Shown: piece after piece, positions 1 through 9,766 of the stretch
How the letters are laid out: every line of letters begins with the position of its first letter
How positions within the stretch are numbered: the first letter of the stretch is position 1
From: a virus
Taxonomy: Duplodnaviria > Caudoviricetes
Length of the DNA: 27,441 nucleotides
IMG/VR virus record: IMGVR_UViG_3300017774_005026
Coordinates: 1-27,441 of that record
Strand: one strand, 5' to 3'
Program-made: the position numbers and the translations under genes
The notes under the pieces: generated by a model
The model's database searches: none
Seen by the model: only the letters and a program-made list of their open reading frames with translations
What the model was told of the DNA's origin: nothing

Positions 1-351
1 GAATTATCTCTTGACATTTTCAGCGATGCAGGCGATGCTTTAGCAGCAGAGCGTGTTTATACTCATCTATCCGATGAAGGTCAAAGAATACGCTTCAACG
101 CCTTAGAAATTGGCTTTGAAACGGGAGTCGGTTTGCAATCAGGGCAGGGGTCAGACCCCGTCGTTTCGTTCTCGCTTAGTAAAGATGGCGGGCGCACTTG
201 GTCAGATACCTACACGGCCTCAATCGGCGCTGTAGGTCAATATCAGGCAAAAGTGGAGTTTCGCCGCCTAGGCGTTGCTGAACAAATGACCTTCAAAATC
301 AGAATTTCAGACCCAGTTAAACGCGCTATTATCGGGAGTTATCTCCGCTAA
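1..351 (+). CDS. C-terminal part of P22 gp10-like packaged-DNA stabilisation/tail protein (5'-truncated)
   Basis: Frame 1 is open from base 1 (ELSLDIFSD...FETGVGLQSGQGSDPVVSFSLSKDGGRTWS...FRRLG...FKIRISDPVK). The SxDGGxTW and FRRLG motifs are typical of gp10-like proteins, and it lies upstream of the GNAT and ejection genes. Confidence 0.75.
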   Translation, partial: ELSLDIFSDAGDALAAERVYTHLSDEGQRIRFNALEIGFETGVGLQSGQGSDPVVSFSLSKDGGRTWSDTYTASIGAVGQYQAKVEFRRLGVAEQMTFKIRISDPVKRAIIGSYLR

Positions 352-785
352 TGGCTGTTTCACCCGTACCATCAATGCAGCCTCTTCTAGACGGTCAACC
401 ATATACGGCAGACCTTAACTGGCTTGCGTTTTTCGGCGAGCTTTTTAACGGCGATTTAGGCACAGCATGGAATCCAACCTTTGTTAGCCTTGGCGCGACA
501 GGAACCCCGACTATCACAGGCGTTTACTACCGCATTGGTCAGGGCTTGGTCTGGTTTAGTATCCGCATTGTGCCGGCTACAAACACAACGTCCACAGCAG
601 CAACAACCTATTGCGATAATTTCCCCTTGAGCTTTGTTAATGACAGCGTTTGTCTTGCCAGCACAGGCAGCGGCGCTGTTCAAGCCATCGGCGGCATTAG
701 AGCGGCAGATAAGCGCATTTACACGCCCGGCTGGTCGGCGGCCACAGAGACAATCACGGTTGTCGGATTTGGTGAGGCACGATGA
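351..785 (+). CDS. virion structural protein (tail-associated, beta-rich)
   Basis: 144 aa, translationally coupled on both sides; WNPTF..TITGVYYRIG..VW segment resembles tail-fibre distal domains. Confidence 0.5.
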   Translation: MAVSPVPSMQPLLDGQPYTADLNWLAFFGELFNGDLGTAWNPTFVSLGATGTPTITGVYYRIGQGLVWFSIRIVPATNTTSTAATTYCDNFPLSFVNDSVCLASTGSGAVQAIGGIRAADKRIYTPGWSAATETITVVGFGEAR

Positions 786-1237
786 TTCACGTTGCTAAAA
801 TTGAAGACGTTCAGGGGATTGTTGAGCTTTTGCGCACATATTACAACGAAAGCCAATATAACAAATTTCTGACATTCGATGATGAGCGTTGCCGGGAAAC
901 CGCAGAGCTTTGGATGAATGATATATGTTTTGTCGCTAAGGACGGTCATAAGATTGTGGCAGTTGCTGTAATGGATTTGATGAAATCTTATTACAAAGAA
1001 TTAGAGGCCGACATAGGGATGTTTTATGTTCACCCTGACTATCGCGGCACAACAATTGCCCGGTTGCTGGTTAATGCTTGCGTGGAAAACGCAAAGGCGC
1101 ATAAGTGCGCGGTTATTTATTCGTCATCTCTTTCTAAAATCGACGGCAAGAATCATCAGATATACGTCAATCTATGGAAAAAGTTTGGGTTTCAGGAATT
1201 AGGGTCTTTTATGTTTGGGAGTTTTACGTATGGCTAA
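782..1237 (+). CDS. GNAT-family N-acetyltransferase (P22 gp14/T7 gp13 position)
   Basis: Acetyl-CoA motif A FYVHPDYRG and C-terminal LWKKFGF; ATGA overlap with upstream gene. Confidence 0.85.
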   Translation: MIHVAKIEDVQGIVELLRTYYNESQYNKFLTFDDERCRETAELWMNDICFVAKDGHKIVAVAVMDLMKSYYKELEADIGMFYVHPDYRGTTIARLLVNACVENAKAHKCAVIYSSSLSKIDGKNHQIYVNLWKKFGFQELGSFMFGSFTYG

Positions 1238-2159
1238 GTCAGTATTTAAATCGGTTGGAAAAATCGCGCCTTTTGTTGCGCCGTTTCTTCCTGTTGCACC
1301 GCTTCTCGCCGCTGGTATTGGCGCGGCTGGTAGCGCAATAAGTGGCGGCGGTCTTAAGGGCGCACTACTCGGCGGCATTGGAAGCGGACTAGGTAGCGCA
1401 TTTGCTGGAAATACAGGCTTGGGTAGCAGCATTTTCGGAACAGCGGCTGGATCGCCGTTATCGTCTGTCACTGGTAACGCTTTGTTACAAGGTCCGACAC
1501 GTGGAACAGGAATGGCAGGAGCTATAGGCCGTGGTGTATCAGGCGTTTCACGGACCCTTGGCGGCATGACCGGGGCAGGAAGCGGCGGGGGCGGGTTTGG
1601 CTTGAGAGATGTCGGAAGCGTTGTCGGCGGGCTTCGTCAGTATAGCGATCAAGACGAAATGGAAAAGCAGCTTTTAAGAGCGCAAGGCCGGGCTGAAGAG
1701 GCAATCCAGCCCTATAGCAATATTGGCTTGAATGCACAACGTCAGCTTTCCAATAATCTAGCCGCTGGGTTCAATCCGGGTGATTTGGAAAACGATGCAG
1801 GTTATCAGTACCGTTTGGGCCAAGGCAACCAGCAGCTTGAGAGGGCGCTTGCGGCCCAAGGGATGTCCGGCTCTGGCTCAGCGATTAAAGCGGCTCAAGA
1901 GCTTGGCCAAGGGCTTGCGGCGCAGCAGTATGATAGCGCTTACAATCAGTATTTACAGCAAAACCAGCAACTTGCTGGGCTTGGTGATTCCGGCCAAAGG
2001 GCAGCTAACACGCTAGGCGGTATTTACGGAAATCAAGGCAATATTCAGGCCAACAGAACGCTTGAGCAGGGCAACATCTTTGCAAACACCCTGTCTAGCG
2101 TTTTAGGGCAGCGGATCATCGGTTATGACCCGACAACAGGAAGACCGATTTATGGATAG
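1230..2159 (+). CDS. DNA transfer/ejection protein (gp7-like)
   Basis: Gly/Ala-rich N-terminus, Q-rich C-terminus with GYQYRLGQG..ALAAQGMSGSGSAIKA motif; start reassigned to ATG 1230. Confidence 0.7.
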   Translation: MAKSVFKSVGKIAPFVAPFLPVAPLLAAGIGAAGSAISGGGLKGALLGGIGSGLGSAFAGNTGLGSSIFGTAAGSPLSSVTGNALLQGPTRGTGMAGAIGRGVSGVSRTLGGMTGAGSGGGGFGLRDVGSVVGGLRQYSDQDEMEKQLLRAQGRAEEAIQPYSNIGLNAQRQLSNNLAAGFNPGDLENDAGYQYRLGQGNQQLERALAAQGMSGSGSAIKAAQELGQGLAAQQYDSAYNQYLQQNQQLAGLGDSGQRAANTLGGIYGNQGNIQANRTLEQGNIFANTLSSVLGQRIIGYDPTTGRPIYG

Positions 2160-2364
2160 TTTAGGGCAGAAATTGGCAATGATGCTACAGCAGCAAGGGC
2201 AACAATCGGCGCAAATGCCGCAAGGTATGCAGCAGTTTCCCCAAGGGATGCCGCAAATGCCCATGATGCAACAAATGACGCCGCCGCGTATGGACCCATA
2301 TGGGCAGCAGCAAACAGGAGTCGCGCAAGCGCTCATGAGAGGTTTACAATATGGCCGGACCTGA
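2152..2364 (+). CDS. small Q/M/P-rich low-complexity protein in the ejection module
   Basis: 70 aa from ATG 2152, overlapping both neighbours; QMPQG-like repeats. Confidence 0.6.
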   Translation: MDSLGQKLAMMLQQQGQQSAQMPQGMQQFPQGMPQMPMMQQMTPPRMDPYGQQQTGVAQALMRGLQYGRT

Positions 2365-3469
2365 TTTAAGCGTTTTTGGCAGACAGCGGTCTTTTCAGGA
2401 TTTTGAAAGGCTGCAGCAAGAATTTGATATGCAAAAGATTGCGCAAGGCCAAGCGGCGCAGATTAATGCACTTCAAATGAAAAAGTTTGAAGATGAAATA
2501 AACAATCCTGACGTTGACAAGCTTGGCGAGCGAGCTTTTATGAAGTTAGCGCAAGGGCTTCCACTTAGCGCACAAGAGGCCGCAGCAGCACAGGTTTTTG
2601 ACGCAAAATCTGGCGGAATATCTTTTAATCCGGTTTCAGGAGAAATGATTCAAAAGCCTAGAATATCAGACCGCATCGGATTGCCCGGCATGTCAAACGT
2701 TGGAAGCCAAGGCCCACAAGGTTATCAACCAAGCGCGCCTGAACAAGACTTTAACATTAATTCAAATTACAGCCCAGAGCAGCAAGCACCATCAGGAAAC
2801 ATGTATGATGCAATGTATCAAGATGCGCTTAGGGCTGCGGCAGGAAACGCGAAACTTGAGCAGGAAATAAAAGCGGATTATTTTAAAAAGAAAACAAACT
2901 TTTCAGAAGGGCAATCGCAAGCCGCAGATTATGCGGACAGAATGAGAGCCTCAGACGCTATTCTTCAAGACCCCAAGGTCACGGCGGCGATGATGGACCT
3001 AGCCGAGCGCTCTTCGGGTTCAATCCCCCTTATTGGCGGCTTTCTTGTTAGCTCAGATTATCAAAAAGGCGACCAAGCAAAGCGAAGTTTTATTAATGCA
3101 ATCTTAAGAAGAGAATCTGGCGCAAACATCCCAAAAGATGAGTTCGAAAGCGCTGATTTACAATATTTCCCTATGCCGGGCGATGGTGAAGCGGTTCTCG
3201 CCCAGAAGGCACGTAATAGGCAAGCCGCCCTTGCTGGTGTTAGTAGGGCCGCTGGCGCAGCTTATGTGCCGGTGGATATCGTCGACCCTTACGCTGGTCA
3301 AGACCCGATGGCCGCTAATCAGGCGGCGGCGGCTAATAGGGCAAACGAACTGGGGCAGCAAGATTTGCCGAACACAACGCCTCAACAGCCCCAAGTTGGC
3401 GAAATAGTTGATGGCCACGTCTTTTTAGGTGGCGACCCGTCAAACCCTAAAAGCTGGAAATTACAATAA
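2351..3469 (+). CDS. internal virion/ejection protein (gp20 position)
   Basis: 372 aa; FINAILRRESGANI and terminal GEIVDGHVFLGGDPSNPKSW motifs typical of podovirus internal proteins; synteny. Confidence 0.65.
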   Translation: MAGPDLSVFGRQRSFQDFERLQQEFDMQKIAQGQAAQINALQMKKFEDEINNPDVDKLGERAFMKLAQGLPLSAQEAAAAQVFDAKSGGISFNPVSGEMIQKPRISDRIGLPGMSNVGSQGPQGYQPSAPEQDFNINSNYSPEQQAPSGNMYDAMYQDALRAAAGNAKLEQEIKADYFKKKTNFSEGQSQAADYADRMRASDAILQDPKVTAAMMDLAERSSGSIPLIGGFLVSSDYQKGDQAKRSFINAILRRESGANIPKDEFESADLQYFPMPGDGEAVLAQKARNRQAALAGVSRAAGAAYVPVDIVDPYAGQDPMAANQAAAANRANELGQQDLPNTTPQQPQVGEIVDGHVFLGGDPSNPKSWKLQ

Positions 3470-5481
3470 TGAAGCCTTGGGAAAGATACGCGCCACAACA
3501 GGGATCGGGAAAGCCTTGGGAAAGGTATTCACCCCCTCAAGCTAGCCCCACGCAGCCTGACACACTCGGCGGCAAAATTGGCCAAGCGTTCTTTAATAGA
3601 ATGCAGAATGTGCAAGATTTAAAGCGCAACCCTAGAGTTGACCCGCTCGTTGTGGGGCCATACGCAACAGGGCAAGCGCTTGGTTTTGCAACAGACGCAG
3701 CGGGCGCAGCTTTAGGCTCCGTCACGCCTGATTTCATTAAACAGCCAGCCATGAAAGCCCTTGGTGCGGCGGCAGAATTTGCCGAGCCAGTAACAAGGCC
3801 AATAGCAGAGGCGTATGGCGAGTTTAAGCAAGAAGCCCCAATGGCCGCGGCGTTGTTAGAGACGGCAGGAAATTACGCTGGGGCATTTTCAGGAGCAAAG
3901 GGAACGCAGATTGTGGGCGGTCCTGTTTTAAATGCGGCCACAAAAACCGTAACAGCGCCAGTAAAAGCGGCGGTTGATGCTAGCGTTTTCACAACAGCAA
4001 AAACCGCAAATCTTCTTAACAATGTGACAGATAAGATTGCTGACGCAATAAGCAAAACCGCAAACAGGGCAAATGTGCCGAAGCCATTAAGAAAGCTTCC
4101 GGATGCTGAATTGTTATTCGTGACGACCCTTATGGATGAGGGCGTTTCAATTGATGATGCGTTGCAGTCTCTATCCGGCGCTAAGAAAATGGGTGTTTCC
4201 CCAAGCGTTTCAGTTTCAGCAAAAATCCCGCAAATGCAAACTCAGGGTTATTTAATGTCTAGAGGGTCTGCCGGGTCAAAAGTTGCTGCAGATGCGGTGG
4301 ATGACATTGTTAAAAATCAAATACCAAAAATGAACACTGAGCTTATCACAATAGCATCGGGCGGCGGCAAGTCTGCCGAACAATATGGCCTAGACGTTTT
4401 TAAGGCGGCAAGTGAATCCATCAAGAAACGGGAAATCGCGCTCAAAACAAGGGCAAAGCCATATTATCAGCAAAGCATTGGAATTGATAAATCCATCCCA
4501 ATCGAGGGTGAGTTTAAAAAAGTCCTGTCAAACCCGCTTGCAGTTAAGGCGCTAGAGAATTTCAGGGCGGACCCGTACACGCTAACAAATGTTCAAAAAA
4601 GCCTCTCAGACCTTGGAATTAGCGCTGAAGATATTAGCAAGCTTCCATATAATTCAACGGTTGCGCTTCACGGAGCAAGGGTTCATTTAAGGCAATTAAA
4701 TGACGCGGCACTGGCTGGCGGCGAGGCCCAAAAAAGCCAAGCCATAAAACAAGCATTAAGTGACATAGATAATGCAATTGAGGCCACGTATCCTTCATAC
4801 AAAACCGCTAGAGCAATTTATAGTGAAGACGCTGGGGCATTAAAGGCCCTTAAAGACAGCCCTGTTGGTCAAATGGCAAAATTCAGCGATGCCGATTATA
4901 GCAAGATTGCCGATGACTTGATGGGCAAAGACCCGCAATTTATTAAAAAGACCATCGCATCATTTAAGGCAACGGGGGCCAATCAAGAAAAAATTACAAA
5001 CAGCATAGCCGGAGCCTTTTTAAGAAGAAAACTGCAAGAATCAACAAAACAGGGCGTTAGGTTTGGTGATGATGTTTTCAAAAAAGAGGGAACGGGCCTG
5101 AGACTAAAGGCGCTAATAGGCGATGAGAAATTTGCAAAGATGGAAAAGGTTAATGACATTATAACAGACCTTTTGGCCACAAAAAACATACCGTCTCAAT
5201 CAATTACAGCAGCGGCGCAAAGCGTAAAAGAGGGCATATCATCCCTCCCATTAGATAACGGCGGAATGATTGACATGGTGCGGAAAAAACTAGCGCCCAG
5301 CCTTTTTGATCTGGTTCAAAAAAATCCAGAACAGGCGGCTAGATACAACGAGCTTCTTTTCACTGACGCGGGTTTTGACCTATTAGAGAAAATTAGCACC
5401 GGAAAAAAGACAAAATTTTATGACATTGACGCTGTTGGCGCTTTTCTGTCTAAGCAATTAAAAAAAGATAAGGTGAAATAA
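3469..5481 (+). CDS. large internal virion/ejection protein (gp16 position)
   Basis: 670 aa helical Ala/Lys-rich; N-terminal KPWERY repeat; last gene before tail fibre. Confidence 0.65.
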   Translation: MKPWERYAPQQGSGKPWERYSPPQASPTQPDTLGGKIGQAFFNRMQNVQDLKRNPRVDPLVVGPYATGQALGFATDAAGAALGSVTPDFIKQPAMKALGAAAEFAEPVTRPIAEAYGEFKQEAPMAAALLETAGNYAGAFSGAKGTQIVGGPVLNAATKTVTAPVKAAVDASVFTTAKTANLLNNVTDKIADAISKTANRANVPKPLRKLPDAELLFVTTLMDEGVSIDDALQSLSGAKKMGVSPSVSVSAKIPQMQTQGYLMSRGSAGSKVAADAVDDIVKNQIPKMNTELITIASGGGKSAEQYGLDVFKAASESIKKREIALKTRAKPYYQQSIGIDKSIPIEGEFKKVLSNPLAVKALENFRADPYTLTNVQKSLSDLGISAEDISKLPYNSTVALHGARVHLRQLNDAALAGGEAQKSQAIKQALSDIDNAIEATYPSYKTARAIYSEDAGALKALKDSPVGQMAKFSDADYSKIADDLMGKDPQFIKKTIASFKATGANQEKITNSIAGAFLRRKLQESTKQGVRFGDDVFKKEGTGLRLKALIGDEKFAKMEKVNDIITDLLATKNIPSQSITAAAQSVKEGISSLPLDNGGMIDMVRKKLAPSLFDLVQKNPEQAARYNELLFTDAGFDLLEKISTGKKTKFYDIDAVGAFLSKQLKKDKVK

Positions 5482-5482
5482 A

Positions 5483-7354
5483 ATGGCCGTATTATATGTC
5501 CCACACTTTGTACAGTTTTTTGACAATGACGGCGATCCTCTCGCGGACGGTGAGCTGTATACATACGCCGCAGGCACTGACACGCCTAAGGCTACGTATA
5601 CAACGGCGGCGGGCAATATTGAATTGCCAAACCCTGTCCCACTTGATGCGTCTGGCCGCGCTGTAATCTTTATTACAGGCTCATACAAATATGTCCTAAA
5701 AGATGCACTTGGCAACATTATACGTACTACGGACAACGTAACAAGCTTTAACGCATCAACCCTGACAAACGAGGGTTTTTTCCAATCGTTTTCAGGAAAC
5801 GCGGTTGCCGTAGACTTCACAACGTCGGAATCACTTGGCAGCGATGAAAAAGCGCTCATGGTGTTCTCAGAGCTTGAATATTCCACTAATGGCACGTATG
5901 CAAGCGATACAGGATGGACCAAGGGAGCAGGCTGGACGATTGCCGCCGGAGTTGCAACAGCAACAGGGGCCATATCAACGGCGCTTGAGCAGCCCGCTGG
6001 AATTACGATAATTCAGGGTAAATCATATCTTGTTCAATATACTGTGACACGCTCGGCGGGCTCTATCACACCGAACCTTGGCGGAACAGCCGGAACAGCC
6101 AGAAGTGCATCAGGCACGTATTCCGAAGTCATTATACCGGGATCAACGCAAACTATTAGCTTTACCACGTCAGGATTTACAGGAACGCTTGACAACGTAT
6201 CTGTGCGCGATGTCGGCGGTTTGAGCATCAGAAACCCGGCTGATTACACCATTAACGGCACACAATTATCATTTGTGAAAGCCCCGGCCATCGGCACAAA
6301 CAACATCTTTGTCTTTGCACCTTATACGCTCATTGGTGCGGCTGGTGCGGCACAGACTGCGGCAGATAACGCCATTGCAGCGCAGCTTGCAGCTGAAAGC
6401 GCGGTCGGCGCTGTTGCTTTCAAGTATACATTTGACAACAGCACCACAATGGGCGATCCGGGGGCTGGACAATTTCGCTTTAATAACGCCACAATTGCAA
6501 GCGCTACGGCTATTGCTTTTGATGCGTCAAGCGCTGAATCTGGAAATCCGAACGTATCCGCCGCAATCTTATCGATTACCGCGAGCACAAGCCCAGTTAA
6601 GGGACAGGTTAAAATCACAAAATACGGTGAGGCTCAAACATTTGCCGTGTTTAACATATCAGCGATTGCAGACAACACAGGATGGCTACAGGCCACGGTC
6701 ACTTATGTCAGCGGCAGCGGCACATTTACCGATAACGATTTCTGTTATTTGCAAATGAGCAGAACAGGCGATCTGGGCGCTCAAGGGCCGACTGGAACCA
6801 TCAGCGGCGCAACCCTGCAAACGCCAGTAAATGATGATAAAGTGCTGTTTTTGGATACAAGCTCATCAGACGCGCTTTCTTATGCCACGGCATTAAATGT
6901 CGTTGCAACGACCTTGCTTGATGAAGATAACATGGCCAGTGATAGCGCCACAAGAGCGCCAACCCAGCAAAGCGTCAAGGCTTATGTCGATACATCGGTT
7001 GCAGCGGTTGTTCTGCCATACACGTCAACGGCTCTCACGATAGCGGCGGCAGGCTCCGGCACACTAGCACACAGCTTGGGCGCAAACCCTGATTTTGTTC
7101 AAGCCTTCATTACATGCACGTCAGCTGAGGGCGGGTATTCAGTTGGAAACACTGTGTTTATTAACCCGGCTGGCAACGATCCCGGCGATACGCAGAACCG
7201 GGGTATTATGCTGCAATTCGACGCAACGAATATTTATTACAAAATCGGCAGCGCTACGAAATCTTTAACCGTCATGAACAAAACAAACGGTGATGCGTTT
7301 CCCATTACAAACGCATCGTGGACGCTAACAATCAAGGCTTTCAAACTGACATGA
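5483..7354 (+). CDS. tail fibre/tailspike with N-terminal head-binding domain
   Basis: N-terminus FFDNDGDPLADGELYTYAAGTDTPKATY..NPVPLDASGRA is the podovirus tailspike attachment motif; Thr/Gly/Ser-rich body. Confidence 0.8.
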   Translation: MAVLYVPHFVQFFDNDGDPLADGELYTYAAGTDTPKATYTTAAGNIELPNPVPLDASGRAVIFITGSYKYVLKDALGNIIRTTDNVTSFNASTLTNEGFFQSFSGNAVAVDFTTSESLGSDEKALMVFSELEYSTNGTYASDTGWTKGAGWTIAAGVATATGAISTALEQPAGITIIQGKSYLVQYTVTRSAGSITPNLGGTAGTARSASGTYSEVIIPGSTQTISFTTSGFTGTLDNVSVRDVGGLSIRNPADYTINGTQLSFVKAPAIGTNNIFVFAPYTLIGAAGAAQTAADNAIAAQLAAESAVGAVAFKYTFDNSTTMGDPGAGQFRFNNATIASATAIAFDASSAESGNPNVSAAILSITASTSPVKGQVKITKYGEAQTFAVFNISAIADNTGWLQATVTYVSGSGTFTDNDFCYLQMSRTGDLGAQGPTGTISGATLQTPVNDDKVLFLDTSSSDALSYATALNVVATTLLDEDNMASDSATRAPTQQSVKAYVDTSVAAVVLPYTSTALTIAAAGSGTLAHSLGANPDFVQAFITCTSAEGGYSVGNTVFINPAGNDPGDTQNRGIMLQFDATNIYYKIGSATKSLTVMNKTNGDAFPITNASWTLTIKAFKLT

Positions 7355-7650
7355 TAGAAATTGACCCGGACATAGTAACAGCAAGCGGCGGGGCGGGTTT
7401 TGTCGGCTTAGTCGCGGCGGTTCTGGATTGGCTTGACCGCAGGCGGGTAGACGAGAAATTCAGCAAGTTGCAAAGCGAGGCGCAGGACATGAAAGAAACA
7501 CTAGCGCGGCACAACGCGGAGATTATATCCATCGAAAAGAACGCAACTCACACCGCCAAAAATATAGAGCAAATCAACACCAAACTTGATGTTTTACTGC
7601 GTGACGTAGGGAAAATCACCGGAGTTTTGGGAAAAGGGCATGAGATATAG
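7351..7650 (+). CDS. putative holin / membrane coiled-coil protein
   Basis: ATGA overlap at 7351; one hydrophobic segment followed by coiled coil; position after the fibre and before the endolysin. Confidence 0.5.
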   Translation: MIEIDPDIVTASGGAGFVGLVAAVLDWLDRRRVDEKFSKLQSEAQDMKETLARHNAEIISIEKNATHTAKNIEQINTKLDVLLRDVGKITGVLGKGHEI

Positions 7651-8629
7651 CGATGAAGTCTTAAAACATGGCTCGATAAGGGCCGCAGCAAGAGCCAATA
7701 ATATACCGCTTACCACGTTTCGCAATAGGCTAGAAAAAGAGGGGGGCGGCTCGTATAACGCAAAAAGCGCCTACGTCCCTCCAGCCCCCGCCCCGTACTA
7801 CAAGCCCACACACGAGCCATTAAGAATCTCTAATATAGCTGACGCAGCAAGTCAAGACGAATGGGATGATACCCCGTACATGGTCTGCGTTATTGGTGAT
7901 GCGCACTATTCACCCGGCGTTAAATCTAAAGTTCCGCTTTGGATTGGCCGATATTTAACCGATATGCAGCCCGATGCCATCATTCACATTGGCGATCTGG
8001 GGGACTTTGACAGTATCACCCGATGGATAGAAAAAGGCTCTCATGCAGCAAAAAGCCAGTACTCAATCGATCAAGATATTGAGGCCGTGGCTGAAGCTTT
8101 CAAGGTGTTTCATGAAAACTATTTCCCAGAAAACGACCCGCATAAGCACGTTACATTAGGAAATCATGATGAAAGGTTGTGGCTGTATGAAAACCTTAAT
8201 CCGGCGAGCTATGGAACTTATACAAACAAGTTTACTGGCCTGCTTGATTTTTACGGCTGGGGTCATTCTCCGTTTGGCGTTTATCATAATTATATGGGCG
8301 TTGATTTTGTACACGCCCCGAAACACGAGGGCGGCAAAGCAATCGCAGGAAAAACCGCCAGCCAGCGAATAGCAAACGACAGTAGGCGCTGCGTTGTTTA
8401 CGGCCACACACACCGTTTGAATATCGCCGGGGCTACCAAGCTTGGCAATCATGAGCGCGTCACAGCCGTGGGCGTGGGGTGTTCCCTGCCATGGGGATTG
8501 GTTAAAGATTACGCAAAACACAACGCTAACGGATGGTGGTGGGGTATTGTTTTAATTACAATTTACAAAGGCCGTATAGAGGGTATACTTGCTAAACCCA
8601 TGTTTGAATTGGAAGCCGAATATGATTGA
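7640..8629 (+). CDS. calcineurin-like metallophosphoesterase with N-terminal HTH
   Basis: Motifs GDAH, HIGDLGD, LGNHD, FVH, YGHTH; N-terminal SIRAAARANNIPLTTFRNR HTH-like segment. Confidence 0.85.
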   Translation: MRYSDEVLKHGSIRAAARANNIPLTTFRNRLEKEGGGSYNAKSAYVPPAPAPYYKPTHEPLRISNIADAASQDEWDDTPYMVCVIGDAHYSPGVKSKVPLWIGRYLTDMQPDAIIHIGDLGDFDSITRWIEKGSHAAKSQYSIDQDIEAVAEAFKVFHENYFPENDPHKHVTLGNHDERLWLYENLNPASYGTYTNKFTGLLDFYGWGHSPFGVYHNYMGVDFVHAPKHEGGKAIAGKTASQRIANDSRRCVVYGHTHRLNIAGATKLGNHERVTAVGVGCSLPWGLVKDYAKHNANGWWWGIVLITIYKGRIEGILAKPMFELEAEYD

Positions 8630-8891
8630 AGACACACTCAAAGAGCGCGGCAAAATCTACGGCGGCTCATTTCTTGAGCAATCGCAAATCGCCCAGAACC
8701 TTAAAACAGCCATTAAGAACTCGCCAAACTGGAACCGGATGCGGGTAGACCAGCGTGAGGCTTTAGAGATGATTGCCACAAAGATTTCAAGAATCTTATA
8801 CGGCGATCCAAACCATGTGGATTCATGGCATGATATTGTAGGATATGCGTCACTGATTGAAAGAGAGCTTAAAAAAACGGAAGGTGAATAA
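8622..8891 (+). CDS. DUF6378-like protein
   Basis: TLKERGKIYG..KISRILYGDP.H.DSWHDIVGYA signature; start at ATG 8622. Confidence 0.7.
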   Translation: MIEDTLKERGKIYGGSFLEQSQIAQNLKTAIKNSPNWNRMRVDQREALEMIATKISRILYGDPNHVDSWHDIVGYASLIERELKKTEGE

Positions 8892-8893
8892 TC

Positions 8894-9397
8894 ATGTGGC
8901 CAAGCCCAGACCCAAAACACATGAATGAGTATTACGGAAATCCTGACATCAATCTTGATGGCGTGGCCGATGTTCATTGGTTTAATGAAAACATCGTGCG
9001 GATTGTTCCGGCTTACCCGATGATCTGGTCATGGTCACTACAGCCCGTTAAAACCATATCCCTGCATCGCAAATGCGCTCGGTCTTTAAACCGGATTCTG
9101 GCTAATATATCCAAGGTAATGACGATTGAGGACATTATGAAATATCAGCTTGATAGATGCGGCGGCGGATATACATTCCGCACTATGCGCGGGTCAAATA
9201 AACTCAGCATTCATTCATGGGGCGCTGCAATTGATTTATCGCCGCAATATAACCGTTTAGGGCGCAAGCATCACACAAACGATGACGCCGAATTAATGAT
9301 GCCCTTAAAGGTTGTTGACATATTTGAAGATGAGGGCTGGAAGTGGGGCGGTCATTGGCTAAGGCCGGATGCAATGCACTTTGAGGCCACAAGTTAA
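8894..9397 (+). CDS. endolysin, peptidase M15 family (L-Ala-D-Glu peptidase-like)
   Basis: R..SIHSWGAAID and WGGHW..DAMHFE zinc-peptidase motifs. Confidence 0.9.
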   Translation: MWPSPDPKHMNEYYGNPDINLDGVADVHWFNENIVRIVPAYPMIWSWSLQPVKTISLHRKCARSLNRILANISKVMTIEDIMKYQLDRCGGGYTFRTMRGSNKLSIHSWGAAIDLSPQYNRLGRKHHTNDDAELMMPLKVVDIFEDEGWKWGGHWLRPDAMHFEATS

Positions 9398-9454
9398 TAT
9401 CTTGGATTTTTGTAAATTTTGTGTTAAAATCGCGTACATCTTATAGGAGTTTTC

Positions 9455-9607
9455 ATGAAAAAACTAGTACCTGTTATTGCTGGCCTTATTATCGCCGCTG
9501 GCTCTTTCTTTCTAGGCTATGCCACTGACGCTGGTGAGGCTTTTAAAATCTTTACCGACAAAGAAGTCGCTAAAGCCTATTGTGCAAAACTTATTGACGG
9601 AGAATAA
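9455..9607 (+). CDS. small membrane protein (50 aa; not in ORF track)
   Basis: AGGAG RBS; MKKLVPVIAGLIIAAGSFFLGYA... hydrophobic N-terminus. Confidence 0.7.
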   Translation: MKKLVPVIAGLIIAAGSFFLGYATDAGEAFKIFTDKEVAKAYCAKLIDGE

Positions 9608-9610
9608 AAA

Positions 9611-9766
9611 ATGGCTTTTTGGTTATTTCTGGTAACAGTCGGAACATTCGGCGCGGCTTATAATGAAGGCATTCCACAGCAGATTGAAGCTGAGGGCGTC
9701 AAGGCAACTTATGAGCGGGTAGTCGAGAGCAAAGTCGCTTTGGATTACAGCAAACTGAATAAATGA
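9611..9766 (+). CDS. small membrane protein (51 aa; not in ORF track)
   Basis: MAFWLFLVTVGTFGAAY...; fills the gap and overlaps the next start (ATGA). Confidence 0.65.
   Translation: MAFWLFLVTVGTFGAAYNEGIPQQIEAEGVKATYERVVESKVALDYSKLNK

Noticed and set aside
782-1237. GNAT as a toxin or novel system
   Set aside because: A GNAT-fold gene at this position is a known feature of P22/T7-like tail modules.
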